Shown here: in pieces, positions 20,592 to 32,555 of the stretch
Position numbering within the stretch: the first letter of the stretch is position 1
Layout: every line of letters starts with the position of its first letter
From: an uncultured Solirubrobacteraceae bacterium
Lineage (GTDB): Bacteria > Actinomycetota > Thermoleophilia > Solirubrobacterales > Solirubrobacteraceae
DNA: 64,000 nt
Reading direction: 5' to 3'
Assembly: GCA_963779065.1 (NCBI GenBank)
Contig: CAVZWQ010000003.1
Location: forward strand, 1,675,502 to 1,739,501
Program-made: the position numbers and the translations under genes
The notes under the pieces: generated by a model
Told to the model about the DNA's origin: nothing
The model's database searches: none
The model's input: only the letters and a program-made list of their open reading frames with translations

Positions 20592-21953
20592 ATGACCGAG
20601 ACGGTGAAGTACCTGCTGTCAGAGCAGGACGTGCCCACGCAGTGGGTGAACCTGCTCGTCGACATGCCCGGCGAGCCGCTGCCGCCGCTGCACCCGGGAA
20701 CCATGGAGCCGGCGGGCCCGAGCGACCTCGCGCCGCTCTTCCCGATGGCGCTGATCGAACAGGAGGTCTCGGGCGAGCCGGAGATCGCGATCCCCGAGGC
20801 CGTCCAGCAGGCCTACAGGCTGTGGCGGCCCACGCCCCTGTACCGCGCGCGGCGCCTGGAGCGCGAGCTCGACACCCCCGCCCACATCTACTACAAGTAC
20901 GAGGGCGTCTCGCCTGCCGGCTCGCACAAGCCCAACACCGCCGTGCCGCAGGCCTACGAGAACGCACAGGCCGGGATCGGGCGCCTGACAACGGAGACCG
21001 GCGCCGGGCAGTGGGGCTCCTCGCTCGCGTTCGCCTGCTCGTTGTTCGGACTCGAGTGCGAGGTGTTCATGGTCGGCTCCTCCTACGACCAGAAGCCGTA
21101 TCGCCGCTCGATGATCCGGACCTGGGGCGCCACGGTGCACCGCTCGCCGAGCACGCTGACCGAGGCCGGCAGCTCCCAGCAGCAGCACCCGACGGGCTCG
21201 CTCGGCATCGCCATCTCCGAGGCGGTCGAGATCGCCGCGGCGCGCGAGGACACCAACTACTCGCTCGGCTCGGTGCTCAACCACGTCCTGCTCCACCAGA
21301 CCGTGATCGGCCAGGAGGCGATCGCGCAGATGGAAATGGCCGGCGAGGCGCCCGACGTCATCGTCGCCTGCGTCGGCGGCGGCTCGAACTTCGGCGGCCT
21401 GACGTTCCCCTTCCTGCGCGGGGTGCTGCGCGGCGAGAGCAAGATGCGCTTCGTGGCGGCCGAGCCGTCAGCCTGCCCGACGCTGACGAGGGGCGCCTAC
21501 CGCTACGACTTCGGCGACACGGCCGGCCTCACGCCGCTGATGCCGATGTACACGCTCGGCCACGATTTCGTGCCGCCGCCCGTGCACGCGGGCGGGCTGC
21601 GCTACCACGGCGACTCGCCGCTGGTCAGCGGGCTGGTCCGCGCCGGCGTGGTCGAGGCGCGCGCCTACCGGCAGAACGAGACCTTCGAGGCCGCCGTGCG
21701 CTTCGCCCGCAGCGAGGGCATCATCCCGGCCCCCGAGCCGGCGCACGCGATCCGCGCCGTCATCGAGGAGGCGCAGGACGCAAGGGAGGCCGGGGAGCCC
21801 CGGGTGATCCTGTTCGGGCTCTGCGGTCACGGCAACTTCGACCTGTCCGCGTACGACGCGTACCTGGCCGGGAAGCTCGAGGACCCGGAGTTCTCCGAGC
21901 ACGACATGGAGAGCGCGCTGGCGCGGCTCCCGGAGGCGCCGGCGATCGCATAG
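20592..21953 (+). CDS. trpB2: Tryptophan synthase beta chain 2 (stand-alone TrpB-like PLP enzyme)
   Basis: [15 protein letters not shown] (PLP Lys), [32 protein letters not shown]. Confidence 0.93.
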   Translation: MTETVKYLLSEQDVPTQWVNLLVDMPGEPLPPLHPGTMEPAGPSDLAPLFPMALIEQEVSGEPEIAIPEAVQQAYRLWRPTPLYRARRLERELDTPAHIYYKYEGVSPAGSHKPNTAVPQAYENAQAGIGRLTTETGAGQWGSSLAFACSLFGLECEVFMVGSSYDQKPYRRSMIRTWGATVHRSPSTLTEAGSSQQQHPTGSLGIAISEAVEIAAAREDTNYSLGSVLNHVLLHQTVIGQEAIAQMEMAGEAPDVIVACVGGGSNFGGLTFPFLRGVLRGESKMRFVAAEPSACPTLTRGAYRYDFGDTAGLTPLMPMYTLGHDFVPPPVHAGGLRYHGDSPLVSGLVRAGVVEARAYRQNETFEAAVRFARSEGIIPAPEPAHAIRAVIEEAQDAREAGEPRVILFGLCGHGNFDLSAYDAYLAGKLEDPEFSEHDMESALARLPEAPAIA

Positions 21954-22011
21954 GCGGTCGCGACACGCCCGCGTCACCCGCTCGTCGGTGGCGCTCGTCA
22001 GACTGGCGGCG

Positions 22012-23361
22012 GTGAGCTCCGCGCGCCCCTCAGCCCAGCCCAACGTGCCGGGGCGCGGCATCACAGCGTCCTACAGCCGCCGGTTCTGGGGACTGGTCGT
22101 GGTGATCGGGGTCGGCGCGGGGCTCGGCGCCGCCGCGCTGATCCTTCTGCTGCGCGCGGTCCAGCACCTCGCGTGGGACTACAGCTCGGGGCCGTTCCTG
22201 CACGCCGTCGAACAGACCTCCTCGGCGCATCGCGTGATCGTGCTGACGATCGGCGGCGTCGTCGCCGGCGCCGGGGTCGTCGCGCTCGCCCGCTCCGGCA
22301 CCTCCGACGTCTCCGAGGCGCTCTGGCTGCGCCACGCACGGCTGCCGCTGCTGGCGAGCTTCGCCCGCGCCGTGCACTCGATCGTGATCGTCGCGCTCGG
22401 CGCCTCGCTCGGGCGGGAGGCGGCGCCGCAGCAGGCCGGGGCGGCGATCGCCAGCACGCTGGGCGACCGCGCGGGCCTGCCCGAATGGCAGCGGCGCCTG
22501 CTCGTCGCCTGCGGCGCGGGCGCGGGCATGGCCGCGGTCTACAACATCCCGTTCGGCGGCTCCCTGTTCGCGCTGGAGGTGCTGCTCGGGACCCTGGCGC
22601 TGCCGCTTCGTGCTGCCGGCGCTCGCGACGGCGCTGATCGCCACCGCCGTCGCGTGGATCTCCGTCCCGAAAGCACCCACCTACCTGATCGCCGAACACA
22701 TCACGCACCCGTCGCAGATCGTGTGGGCCGCGATCGCCGGACCGATCGCCGGCGTCGTCTCCGTGCTCTACATCCGCGCTGATCGTCGGCGCCAACCGCC
22801 TGCGCCCGCGCACGACGTCCCTGCGGCTGCTCGCACCGGTCGCGGTGTTCGCCGCGCTCGGCGTGCTGTCGATCGCCTACCCGCAGCTCCTGGGCAACGG
22901 CAAGAACGTCGTCCAGCTCGCGCTCGTCGCGCAGCTGGCGGCGGGCCTGACCGCGGTGCTGCTCGTGTTGAAGCCGCTCTCGACCGCCGGCTGCCTCGGG
23001 TCGGGAGCTCCCGGCGGGCTGTTCACGCCGACGCTCGCCGTCGGCGTGCTGCTCGGAAGCCTCGGAGGCAGGGCCTGGGCGCTGCTCTGGCCGGGCGTGC
23101 CGCTCGGCACGTACGCGGTGGTGGGCGGCGCCGCCGTGCTCGCGGCGAGCATGCAGGCACCGCTCGCCGCGATCGTGCTGATGCTCGAGCTCACCCACCG
23201 TGCCGAGGGGCTGCTCGTGCCGATCATGCTCGCCGTGGTCGGGGCCACGGTCGTCTCACGCCGCATGGGCGCGCACTCGATCTACTCGGCGCGACTGACC
23301 GTCGGGCGCGAGGAGGAGGCCGCCGCGATCGCGGCCGAACGAGAAGGCGATGCCGGCGTAG
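22012..23361 (+). CDS. ClC chloride channel/antiporter family protein, frameshifted
   Basis: GASLGREAAP, CGAGAG.AAVYNIPFGG.LF..E, GAPGGLFTP, MQAPL. The end is approximate; the as-read frame runs to 23513. Confidence 0.85.
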
Positions 23362-23377
23362 CCGGGGCGGGCGGCTC

Positions 23378-24709
23378 TCAGAAGCGTTCGAGCACGCGCT
23401 CGATCGCGCTCGTCCCGAACTCGACCGCCTCGACGGGCAGGCGCTCGTCCTCGGCGTGGATCAGCTCCATGAAGCGCATCTCGGCGGGGAGCTGCATCGG
23501 CAGGAAGCCGTAGGTCTGGATGCCCAAGCTGCGAGAAGAAGCGCCCGTCGGTCACCCCCGGCAGCAGCAGCGGCACGGGCTTCGCCGCGGGGTCGAGCTC
23601 GCGCAGCACGCCGGACAGGCGTCCCGAACAGCGCCATGTCGGGGGCCGCGGGCGCCGGGTCGTGGCGCACCAGCTCCAGCTCGACCTCCACGCCGGCGAG
23701 ATCTCGCAGCTCGGCGAAGGCCTGTTCGGGGCTCGAGCCCGGCAGCAGGCGGATGTCGAGCTCGACGCTCGCCTCACCGGGGATCACGTTGATCTTCTCG
23801 CCGCCGCGCACGATCGTCGCGCGAACCGTGTTGTGCAGCAGCGGGTCGAACATGCGCCCGCGGTCGCCGAGCGCGTCGAGCACCCTGTCGGTGATGCGCG
23901 GTCGCAGCAGGCCTCGGAGCGGCAGGGCCGCCAGCAGGCGGCAGCTCGGAGGCGATCGCCTCGACCATCATCCGCGTGACGGCCGGGACGTGAACGGGAA
24001 GCCGCCCGCCGTCGATGCGCTCGAGCAGCCGGCCGAGCGAGCCCATCGCCCCGCCCTTGACCGGCATCGAGCCGTGCCCGGCGCGCCCGCGCATCGTCGC
24101 GCGCGTCCAGCAGATCTGCTTCTCGGCCACCATGACCGGGTAGAACGCGCGGCCCGCGACCTCCATGCGGAAGGCCCCGAACTCTCCGATCGAGTAGCGC
24201 ACGCCGTCGAACAGCTCGGGGTGCTCGCGCACGAGGAACTCGGCGCCGAGCGCGCTGCCGGCCTCCTCGTCGGCCATCAGGCAGAGGATCACGTCGCCCG
24301 GCGGACGGCGGCCGGCCGCCTTCGCGCGCATGAACGCGGCGAGCATCATCGCCACGCCGCCCTTCATGTCGAGCGCGCCGCGGCCCCAGATGAAGCCGTC
24401 GTGCTGCTCGCCGGCGAACGGGGGATGGCGCCAGTCTCCCGGGGCGGCGACGACGTCGACGTGTCCCTGCAGCAGCAGCGGCGGGGAGCTGCCCTCGCCT
24501 TCCAGGCGCGCGACGAGGCTCGGCCGCTCGGGCTCGGCCGCCAGCACCCGCACCTCGCAGCCCAGCTCCTCGAGCAGGCCGCGCACCCAGTCGATGCACT
24601 CGCGCTCGTTGCCGGGCGGGTTGGTCGTGTCGAAGCGCAGCAGCCGCGCGAGCAGCTCCGCCGGGCGATCCTGGATCGGGGCCTCAGCCGGGGCCGGGGT
24701 GGTGCTCAT
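23378..24709 (-). CDS. M20/M25/M40 metallo-hydrolase, frameshifted
   Basis: DTTNPPGNE, GHVDVV, GRGALDMKG, ADEE, GHGS, NVIP, TDGRFF, IHAEDER. Confidence 0.9.
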
Positions 24710-24749
24710 CGCGTCAGTCTCTCCGATCGGGCCCGCCCTTGCAGATGCT

Positions 24750-24775
24750 GTTTGCGCGCGCAAAGAGCTGGTAAC
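24750..24775 (+). promoter_or_regulatory. Putative SigB/SigF-type promoter of ku
   Basis: GTTT-N15-TGGTAA just upstream of the ATG at 24786. Confidence 0.4.
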
Positions 24776-24785
24776 ACTACGAACG

Positions 24786-25722
24786 ATGCCCCGTTCGATC
24801 TGGACCGGCGCGATCAGCTTCGGCCTGGTCACCGTGCCGGTCAAGCTGTACAGCGCGATCAACCGCAAGACCGTCCGCTTCCACCAGCTCAACGGCAAGA
24901 ACGGCGTGCGCATCGCCCAGAAGCGGGTCGACCCCTCCAGCGGCGAGGAGGTCCCCTACGAGGACATCGTCAAGGGCTACGAGATCGCCCAGGACCGCTA
25001 CGTCGTGATCGAGCCGGGCGAGCTCGAGGCGCTCGCGCCGAAGAAGACGAAGACGATCGAGATCGAGGACTTCGTCGAGCTGGCCCAGATCGACCCGATC
25101 TTCTACGACCACCCCTACTACCTCGCGCCCGGCCCGGGCGGCGCGAAACCGTACCGGCTGCTGCTCGAAGCGATGGCGCGAGACCGGCAAGGTGGCGATC
25201 GCCCGCGTCGTGATCCGCTCCAAGGAGCAGCTCGTCGCGCTGCGCCCGATGGGCGACGCGCTCGGGATGGCGACGATGATCTTCGCCGACGAAGTGCTGC
25301 CGGCCGACAGCATCGACGAGATCGCCGAGGTCGCCGGAGGTCAAGACGACCAAGCGCGAGCTGGACATCGCCAAGCAGCTCGTCGACTCCCTCGCCGGCG
25401 ACTTCGAACCCGAGAAGTACAGCGACACCTACCGCGAGCAGGTGCTCGACATGATCGAGCGCAAGGCGCAGGGCGAGCACATCGCGGTGCAGCCGGAGCC
25501 CGAAGAGGTCGGGGCGCCGGCGCCCGACCTGATGGGCGCGCTGAAGGCGAGCCTCGAAGCCGTGCGTGCCCGCGAGGGCGAGGAGGGCGCCAAGCCGAAG
25601 CCGCGCCAAGCGCAAAGCCAGCCGCGAAAAAAGCCGCAGCCAAGAAAACGCCGAAATCGGCGGGCAAGAAAGGCTCCGGCACCGGCACCAAACGCAGCTC
25701 GCGCGCGACCGCGAAAAGCTAG
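24786..25722 (+). CDS. ku: Ku NHEJ protein with a basic C-terminal tail, frameshifted
   Basis: RSIWTGAISFGLVTVPVKL, IVKGYE, IDPIFYDHPYYL, DLMGALKASL, Lys/Ala tail. Confidence 0.95.
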
Positions 25723-28488
25723 GTGGGCTCCCGCCGGGAAGCGTCCGGCGAGAAGGGGCGCCCGGAGAGCCGCGGCGCAGCGGCGAGCAGGAGCGCGGGC
25801 GGCAGACCCAAAGCCGCCGGCAAGGCGAACGCCGCAGCCAAGCCAAGAGCCGCAGCCAAGCCCAAAGCCGCAGCCAAGCCCAAAGCCGCAGCCAAACCCA
25901 AAGCCGCGGGCAAGCCGCAAAGCCGCGGCCAAACCCAAAGCCGCGGGCAAGCGCACCCCGGCCGGCGGGAAGAAGACCGCGTCGTCCAAGCTCTCCCGCT
26001 ACGAGCGCAAACGCGACTTCGCCGCGACGCCTGAGCCCGGCGCGCCGGCGACGGCGGCGCGCCCGACGGGCTGCCGCGGTTCGTGATCCACCAGCACAGC
26101 GCGCGACGCCTGCACTGGGACCTGCGCCTCGAGCACGACGGCGTGCTCGCCTCGTGGGCGGTGCCGAAGGGGATGCCGGAGGAGCCGGGCGAGAACCGGT
26201 TCGCCGCCCACACCGAGGATCACCCGATCGAGTACCTCGACTTCCACGGCGAGATCCCGAAGGGCAACTACGGCGCCGGCCAGATGACGATCTGGGACCA
26301 CGGCACCTACGAGCTGCTGAAGTGGGAGCCGCGCAAGGTCGAGGTGCGACTCGCACGGCGAGCGCCTGGACGCGCGCTACGCGCTGTTCGCGATCGACAA
26401 GGAGGACCCGCCGAAGGACTGGATGATCCATCGCATGGATCCGCCTGCGGACCCATCGCGCGAGCCGATGCCCGAGCGGATCGTGCCGATGCTCGCCCGC
26501 ACCGGCGAGCTGCCGGCCGGACGACGCGCACGTGGGGCTTCGAGATCAAGTGGGACGGCGTGCGCGCGATCGCCTACTGCACGCCCGGCGAGGTGCGCCT
26601 CGAAAGCCGCAACCTCAAAGAGATCAGCGACAGCTACCCGGAGCTCGCTCGCCTGGACCGCGCCCTCGGCTCCCGCCAGGCCGTGCTCGACGGCGAGATC
26701 GTCGCTTTCGACGAACAGGGGCGCCCGAGCTTCGGCCGGCTACAGCAGCGCATGCACATCGCCTCGCGCGAGCAGGCCCGGCGCCTCTCCAAACGGGTCG
26801 CCCGTCGATCTACATGGTCTTCGACCTGCTGTGGCTCGACGGGCATTCGCTGATGGTCCGTGCCCTACTCCGAGCGGCGCGAGCGGCTGCGCGAGCTGAA
26901 GCTCTCCGGAGAGTCCTGGCAGACGCCCGAGCACGTCGTCGGGCACGGCAGGGAGCTGCTGGAGGCGAGCAAGGAGCAGCACCTCGAGGGGATCGTCGCC
27001 AAGCGGCTGGACTCGCGCTACGAACCCGGCAAGCGCGGCGGCTCCTGGGTGAAGATCAAGACGTTCGGGCGCCAGGAGTTCGTGGTCGGCGGATGGCTGC
27101 CCGGCAAGGGCCGGCGCAGCACGACGATCGGGGCGCTGCTGCTCGGCGTCCATGAGACAGGCGGGGCCCTGCGCTACGTCGGGCGCGTCGGCACCGGCTT
27201 CAGCGAGAAGGAGCTGGAGCGCCTGCAGGGCCTGCTCGAGCCGCTGCGGCGCGAGTCCTCGCCGTTCGCGGCGGGCGAACGCCCGCCGCGGGAGGCGCTG
27301 TTCGCCGAGCCGCAACTCGTCGCGGAGGTCTACTTCGCCGAGTGGACGAGCGCCGGCAACATCCGCCACCCCTCCTACAAGGGCCTGCGCGAGGACAAGC
27401 CCGCCGAGCTCGTGGTCCGCGAGGACACGCGCGGCGCCGGAGCGGCGGCGCAGGCCGGAGGCCGGCACGGAGCGCCGGCCGACACCGGAGGCCGGCACGG
27501 AGCGCCGGCCGACACACTCAAGGCGGAGCTGCGCGACTCCGAGACCGGGACGCTGACGATCCTCGAGCGCAAGGGCGACGCGGCGAGCGCGTCGGCGGGC
27601 GGGCGCGAGCTGAAGCTCTCGAACCTCGAGAAGGTGCTCTACCCCGAGACGGGGTTCACCAAGGGACAGGTGATCGACTACTACGCCGCCGTCGCGCCGG
27701 TGCTGCTCGCGCACCTGCAGGGCCGGGCGCTCACCGTCACGCGCTGGCCGGACGGCGTCGACGCCAAGTCCTTCTTCCAGAAGCAGTCGCCGGCGCACCG
27801 CCCCGAGCTGGGTGCGCACCGCGACGCTTCCCGCCGGCAGCAAGAAGATCGACTACACGCTCGCCGACGACCTGCCGACGCTGATCTGGCTCGCCAACCT
27901 GGCCTCGATCGAGCTCCACACGCCGCTGGCCCGGGCCGAGGCGCCCGACCGCCCGAGCGCGATGGTCTTCGACCTCGACCCGGGGGCGCCCGCGGACGTG
28001 CTCGACTGCGCGCGCGTCGCACTTGAGGTGCGAGGCCTGTTCGAGAACCTCGGGCTCGCGAGCTTCGTCAAGACGTCGGGGTCGAAGGGCCTGCAGGTGT
28101 ACGTGCCGCTGAACGTGGCGGACGTGGACTTCGCGCGCACCAAGACCTTCGCCAAGGCCGTCGCCGAGCTGTTCGAGCAGACCGACCCCGGCCACGTCGT
28201 CTCGCGCATGACGAAGGCCCGGCGCGAGGGCAAGGTGCTGATCGACTGGAGCCAGAACGACCGCAACAAGACGACGGTGTGCGCCTACTCGCTGCGCGCC
28301 CGGCCGCGGCCGACCGCCTCCACGCCGCTCGATTGGGAGGAGGTTCGCGAGGCGCTGGACGGCCGGGGAGGCCGAGCGCCTCGTCTTCGAGGCGGCGCAG
28401 GTGCTCGAGCGCGTGGCCGAGCACGGCGACCTGCTCGCCCCGGTGCTGTCGCTCGCACAGCGCCTGCCCGCGTTCGATGCGGGCGTAG
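25723..28488 (+). CDS. ligD: DNA ligase D (phosphoesterase-ligase-polymerase), frameshifted
   Basis: Y..KRDF..TPEP, HWDLRLE (PE); EIKWDGVR, EGIVAK, WVKIK (ligase); SNLEKVLYP, RWPDG, FDLDP, KTSGSKG, DWSQN (PrimPol). Confidence 0.93.
25810..25954 (+). repeat. 18-nt tandem repeat (8 imperfect copies) encoding KAAAKP-like units
   Basis: aaagccgcagccaagccc and variants at the ligD 5' end. Confidence 0.85.
27455..27514 (-). repeat. REP-like repeat, two exact 30-nt tandem copies inside ligD
   Basis: ccggaggccggcacggagcgccggccgaca x2; reverse complement of the element at 28500. Confidence 0.9.
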
Positions 28489-28499
28489 GAATGTGAGGA

Positions 28500-28591
28500 T
28501 CGGCCGGCGCTCCGTGCCGGCCTCGGATGTGAGCCGGCGCTCCATGCCGGCCTCGGATGGAGGTCGGCCGGCGCTCCGTGCCGGCCTTCGG
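28500..28591 (+). repeat. REP-like palindromic repeat, 3 copies
   Basis: GCCGGCGCTCCRTGCCGGCCT core at about 28503, 28533 and 28567, between convergent genes. Confidence 0.9.
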
Positions 28592-28592
28592 G

Positions 28593-29446
28593 CTACTCGA
28601 ACTCGGGCGCGCGCCAGCCGGGCATCACGTCCGGCAGGCCGTCGCTCACCTTGTCGGTGAAGACGGCCGGGCGCTTCTCGAGGAAGGAGGTGACGCCCTC
28701 GACGGCGTCGGCGGACTGCCCGCGCGCGACCATCCCGCGCGAGTCCGCGCGGTGCGCGTACATCGGGTGCTCGGCGCCGAGCATCCGCCACATCAGCTGC
28801 CGCGCGAGCGCGACCGAGACCGGCGCCGTGTTGTCTGCGATCTCGCGCGCCAGAGAGCGCGCGGCGCCGAGCAGCTCGCTTTCGGATGCAGGCTTCGCAG
28901 CAGGCCGCGTTCGAGGCCCTCCTGCGCGTCGAACACGCGCCCGGTCGCGACCCATTCCATCGCCTGGCTGATGCCGACGACGCGCGGCAGGAACCAGCTC
29001 GAGCGGCCTCGGGGATGATCCCGCGCCGCGCGAAGACGAAGCCGAGACGGGCGTCGTCGGCGGCCAGGCGGATGTCCATCGGCAGGGTCATCGTCGCGCC
29101 GATCGCCGACGGCGGGACCGTTGATCGCCGCGATCACCGGCTTCGTCGATTCGAAGACGCGCAGCGTGAATTCGCCGCCGTTGTCGCGCCCGGCGGCGCC
29201 CGCCGTGTCGCGCTTGCGGTAGTCGAACGTCTCGCCGCCGCCCTCGAGGTCGGCGCCGGCGCAGAAGCCGCGCCCCGCGCCCGTGACGATGATCGCGCGG
29301 ACCTCGTCGTCGGCGTCGGCCGCGTCGAACGCTTCGCGCAGCTCCTGGCCCATCTGGCCGGTCCACGCATTGAGCCGCTCCGGCCGGTTCAGCGTGATGG
29401 TGAGGACGCCGTCGTCGGTGTCGGTGAGGATCTGCTCGTAGGCCAT
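28593..29446 (-). CDS. Enoyl-CoA hydratase/isomerase (crotonase), frameshifted
   Basis: LNRPERLNA, FCAGADL, KPVIAAING, DAVEGVTSFLEKRP. Confidence 0.92.
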
Positions 29447-29462
29447 CGCGCGAGGCATCCTT

Positions 29463-30417
29463 TCACGACTCAGCGGGGTCGCGCAGCTCGCGTGCAGTGA
29501 GCTGGCGCTGGTATGGGCCGGCGCCGGTCAGGCAAGTCGCGCCGCATCGCGCCGCGAGCGCGAGCGCGTCGTCGAGCCCCAGCCCCGCCCCGAGGCCGAA
29601 GGTCAGCCCCGCCGCGAAGGAGTCCCCGCACCCGTAGGAGTCGACTGGCGGGCCCGGCGGCGGCACCGCCGCCCAGCGTCCCTCCTCCCCGCCGCGGCGG
29701 CGCCAGCGGCCCCCATGCGCGCCTTCGGTGTGGACGACGAGCTCGGCTTCGTGCTCGACCGGCCCGGCCGCCGCGAGCTCGATCTCGTCGTCCGCGCTCA
29801 GCACGAGCGCGTCGATCGCGACCCCGTGGCCGAGCGCGTGGCGCGCCCGCGGGCTCGCAACCAGGACCCGCGCCGCCGCGCGCGCGCGCTTCAGCGCGGG
29901 GACGTCCCCGGCGGTGAAGTAGACGGAGTCCAGGTCGCGCAGCGCGTCCCAGTGGGAGGAGCCCGAGTCCCCGGCCGGGTCCAGGCGCTCGCCGAACGTC
30001 GTGATCGTGCGCTCGCCCTGCTCGTCGACGATCGTCACGGCGCGCCGCGTCGCGGCGCCCTTGACGGGCACCGCCCCGGTCCACTCGCCCGCCCCCGGCG
30101 GCGGCTCGCCGCCGGTCCGCTCGAGGCCGGGCTCGAGCACCGGCTTGGCGGCCGGCTCGTCGAGCACCCGCACGTCGAGCTCGCCGAGACGCCGGCGCGA
30201 GGCGCGCCCGGGCTCGTCCTCGCCGAGCACGGTGAAGAGCATGCATGACCCCGCCAGGCGCGCGAGCTGCACGGCCGCGACCGCCGCCGCCGCCCGCGGG
30301 CTCCTCGAACGCGCCCGTGGCATGGGCGACCTCGCCGGCCGAGGGCAGCCGCCGGACGCGGCCGAACAGCACCCACTCGACGTGGCCGACGACGGCGACG
30401 AGCGGACCGGCGTGCAC
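29463..30417 (-). CDS. PfkB/ribokinase family carbohydrate kinase, frameshifted
   Basis: VVGHVEW, GERTIT, VDSYGCGDSFAAG. Confidence 0.88.
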
Positions 30418-30445
30418 GGCGTGAGTGTCACATAAGAGCGGCGGG

Positions 30446-30508
30446 GTCGGCCGGCGCTCCATGCCGGCCTCGGCGGCCGGGTCGCCCGGCGCTCCATGCC
30501 GGCCTCCG
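30446..30508 (+). repeat. REP-like palindromic repeat, 2 copies
   Basis: gtcggccggcgctccatgccggcctcgg and gtcgcccggcgctccatgccggcctccg, between divergent genes. Confidence 0.88.
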
Positions 30509-30531
30509 CGGCCGCTGCCGTTTAGGCGAAG

Positions 30532-30951
30532 ATGCCCGCCATGGCCACCCCGGAGCAGCTGCGCGACCTCATGCCCTTCGCCGCGCTGATCGGCGCCGAG
30601 CTGCTCGAGGCGACGCCCGAGGTCGTCCGCGGACGCATGGAGTGGGCGCCCGAGCGCTGCACCGGCGGCGGGCTCCTCCACGGCGGCGCGCTGATGGCGA
30701 TGGCCGACGGCGGCGGCGGCGCGCTCGCGTTCCTGAACCTGCCGGACGGCGCGGTCGGCACCGCGACGATCGAGTCGAAGACCAACTTCCTGCGCGGCGT
30801 CCGCGACGGCGCCGTGACGGCGACCAGCCGCGTGCTGCACAAGGGGCGCACGACGGTCGTGATCGAGACCGAGCTCGCGCGGGAGAGCGACGGCGCGCTC
30901 GTCGCGAAGGTCACCCAGACGCAGGCCTTCCACTACCCGCGCGCGGAATAG
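30532..30951 (+). CDS. PaaI family thioesterase
   Basis: LLHGGALMAMAD, TIESKTNFLR hotdog-fold motifs. Confidence 0.92.
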   Translation: MPAMATPEQLRDLMPFAALIGAELLEATPEVVRGRMEWAPERCTGGGLLHGGALMAMADGGGGALAFLNLPDGAVGTATIESKTNFLRGVRDGAVTATSRVLHKGRTTVVIETELARESDGALVAKVTQTQAFHYPRAE

Positions 30952-30961
30952 GATGCCGCCG

Positions 30962-31768
30962 ATGCCCGAGCAGGTGCTGATCGACGAGCAGCCGGCGCCG
31001 CACGTGCGGCGGCTGACGATGAACCGTCCCGAGCGGCTCAACACGATGACCGCCGAGCTGTGCGGCGCGCTGCACTCGGCGCTCGAGGAGATCGGCCGCG
31101 ACCGCTCCTGCCGCGCTGTCGTGCTGACCGGCGCCGGCCGCGGGTTCTGCGCGGGGCTCGACCTCGGTGGCTACGGGCGCGCGCCTGGCAACACCGGCGA
31201 GGACGAGTCGCGCGACCGGCTCGCCAACCAGCAGCACATGTCGCGCCTGGTGCTCGCGCTGCGCGCTCTGCCGCAGCCGGTGATCGCGGCGGTGAACGGG
31301 CCCTCGGCCGGCTTCGGCCTGGCGCTGGCGCTCGGCTGCGACATCCGCTTCGCCGCCGAGGAGGCGGTGTTCCGCGTCGCGTTCGTCAACATCGGCGTCT
31401 CGAACTGCGACATGGGCACGAGCTGGCTGCTGCCGCGGCTGATCGGCGCGTCGCGCTCGCACGAGCTGATGCTGACCGGGCGCCGCGTCGACGCGCAGGA
31501 GGCGCTGCGCATCGGGCTCGTCGCCGACGTGGTGTCCCAGGACGCGCTCGCGGACCGCGCGCTCGAGGCGGCGGGCCAGATCGCCGAGCTCGCGCCGTGG
31601 GGCGTGCAGCTGACCAAGCAGGGGATGTGGACGGCGCTCGAGATCCCCTCCGAGCAGGCGGCGGTCGAGTACGAGGATCGCCAGCAGATCATGAGCACGT
31701 TCGGCCTCGCGCCGCCGGAGGCGATCTCCGCCTTCCTGGAGAAGCGCCCGGCGGAGTTCGCCGACTAG
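30962..31768 (+). CDS. Enoyl-CoA hydratase/isomerase
   Basis: NRPERLN, FCAGLDL, QPVIAAVNG, AFLEKRP; start chosen from the TAGGAT -10 box. Confidence 0.92.
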   Translation: MPEQVLIDEQPAPHVRRLTMNRPERLNTMTAELCGALHSALEEIGRDRSCRAVVLTGAGRGFCAGLDLGGYGRAPGNTGEDESRDRLANQQHMSRLVLALRALPQPVIAAVNGPSAGFGLALALGCDIRFAAEEAVFRVAFVNIGVSNCDMGTSWLLPRLIGASRSHELMLTGRRVDAQEALRIGLVADVVSQDALADRALEAAGQIAELAPWGVQLTKQGMWTALEIPSEQAAVEYEDRQQIMSTFGLAPPEAISAFLEKRPAEFAD

Positions 31769-31776
31769 ATGGCCTC

Positions 31777-32554
31777 ATGAGCGACCTCTTCGACGTGTCG
31801 GGCAAGACCGCCCTCGTGACGGGCGGCTCGCGCGGGATCGGGCTGATGATCGCCCGCGGCCTCGTGCAGAGGGGCGCGCGCGTGATCGTCTCCTCGCGCA
31901 AGGAGGGCGCCGTCCAGGAGGCGGCCGGCGAGCTGGCAGCGCTCGGCGACTGCGTGGGGATACCGGGCGACGTCTCGACTCCGGAGGGGGCCGCCGCGCT
32001 CGCGCACGCGACGACGCGAGCGCTTCCCGACGCTCGACATCCTCGTCAACAACGCGGGCACCACCTGGGGCGCGCCGCTCGAGGAGTTCCCGGCGACCGG
32101 GTGGGACCGGGTCGCGCACACGAACGTGGAGGGCGCGTTCCACCTCACGGTCGCGCTGCTGGCAGCCCTGCGCGGCGCCGCCACGCGGGAGGACCCGGCG
32201 CGCGTCGTGAACATCGGCTCGATCGACGGCATCCGCACGCCGTCGGTCGAGAACTACAGCTACAGCGCGAGCAAGGCGGCCGTGCACATGCTCACGCGCC
32301 ACCTCGCCAAGCGGCTCGCGGCCGAGAACATCACGGTCAACGCGATCGCGCCGGGCCCGTTCCAGAGCAAGATGATGGCGTTCCTCCTCGACGATCCCGA
32401 GTCGCGCGCGGCCGTCGAAGGGACCGTGCCGCTGAAGCGCATCGGGCATCCCGACGATGTCGCCGGGCTGATCGTCTTCCTGTGCTCGCGGGCCGGCTCC
32501 TACATGACCGGCACGGTGATCCCGCTCGACGGCGGCATCACCGGCTGCGGCTAG
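31777..32554 (+). CDS. SDR family oxidoreductase, frameshift near 32015
   Basis: TGGSRGIG, NNAG, YSASK, NAIAPG. Confidence 0.93.
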
Positions 32555-32555
32555 C

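Noticed and set aside
28500-28591. Three spaced repeats resembling a mini-CRISPR
   Set aside because: Spacers are only about 6-10 nt, the same unit is dispersed elsewhere, and there are no cas genes. It is REP-like instead.
30060-30165. Pro/Gly-rich extra segment inside the PfkB kinase
   Set aside because: Probably a loop insertion. It is not a copy of the REP-like element and shows no intein motifs.
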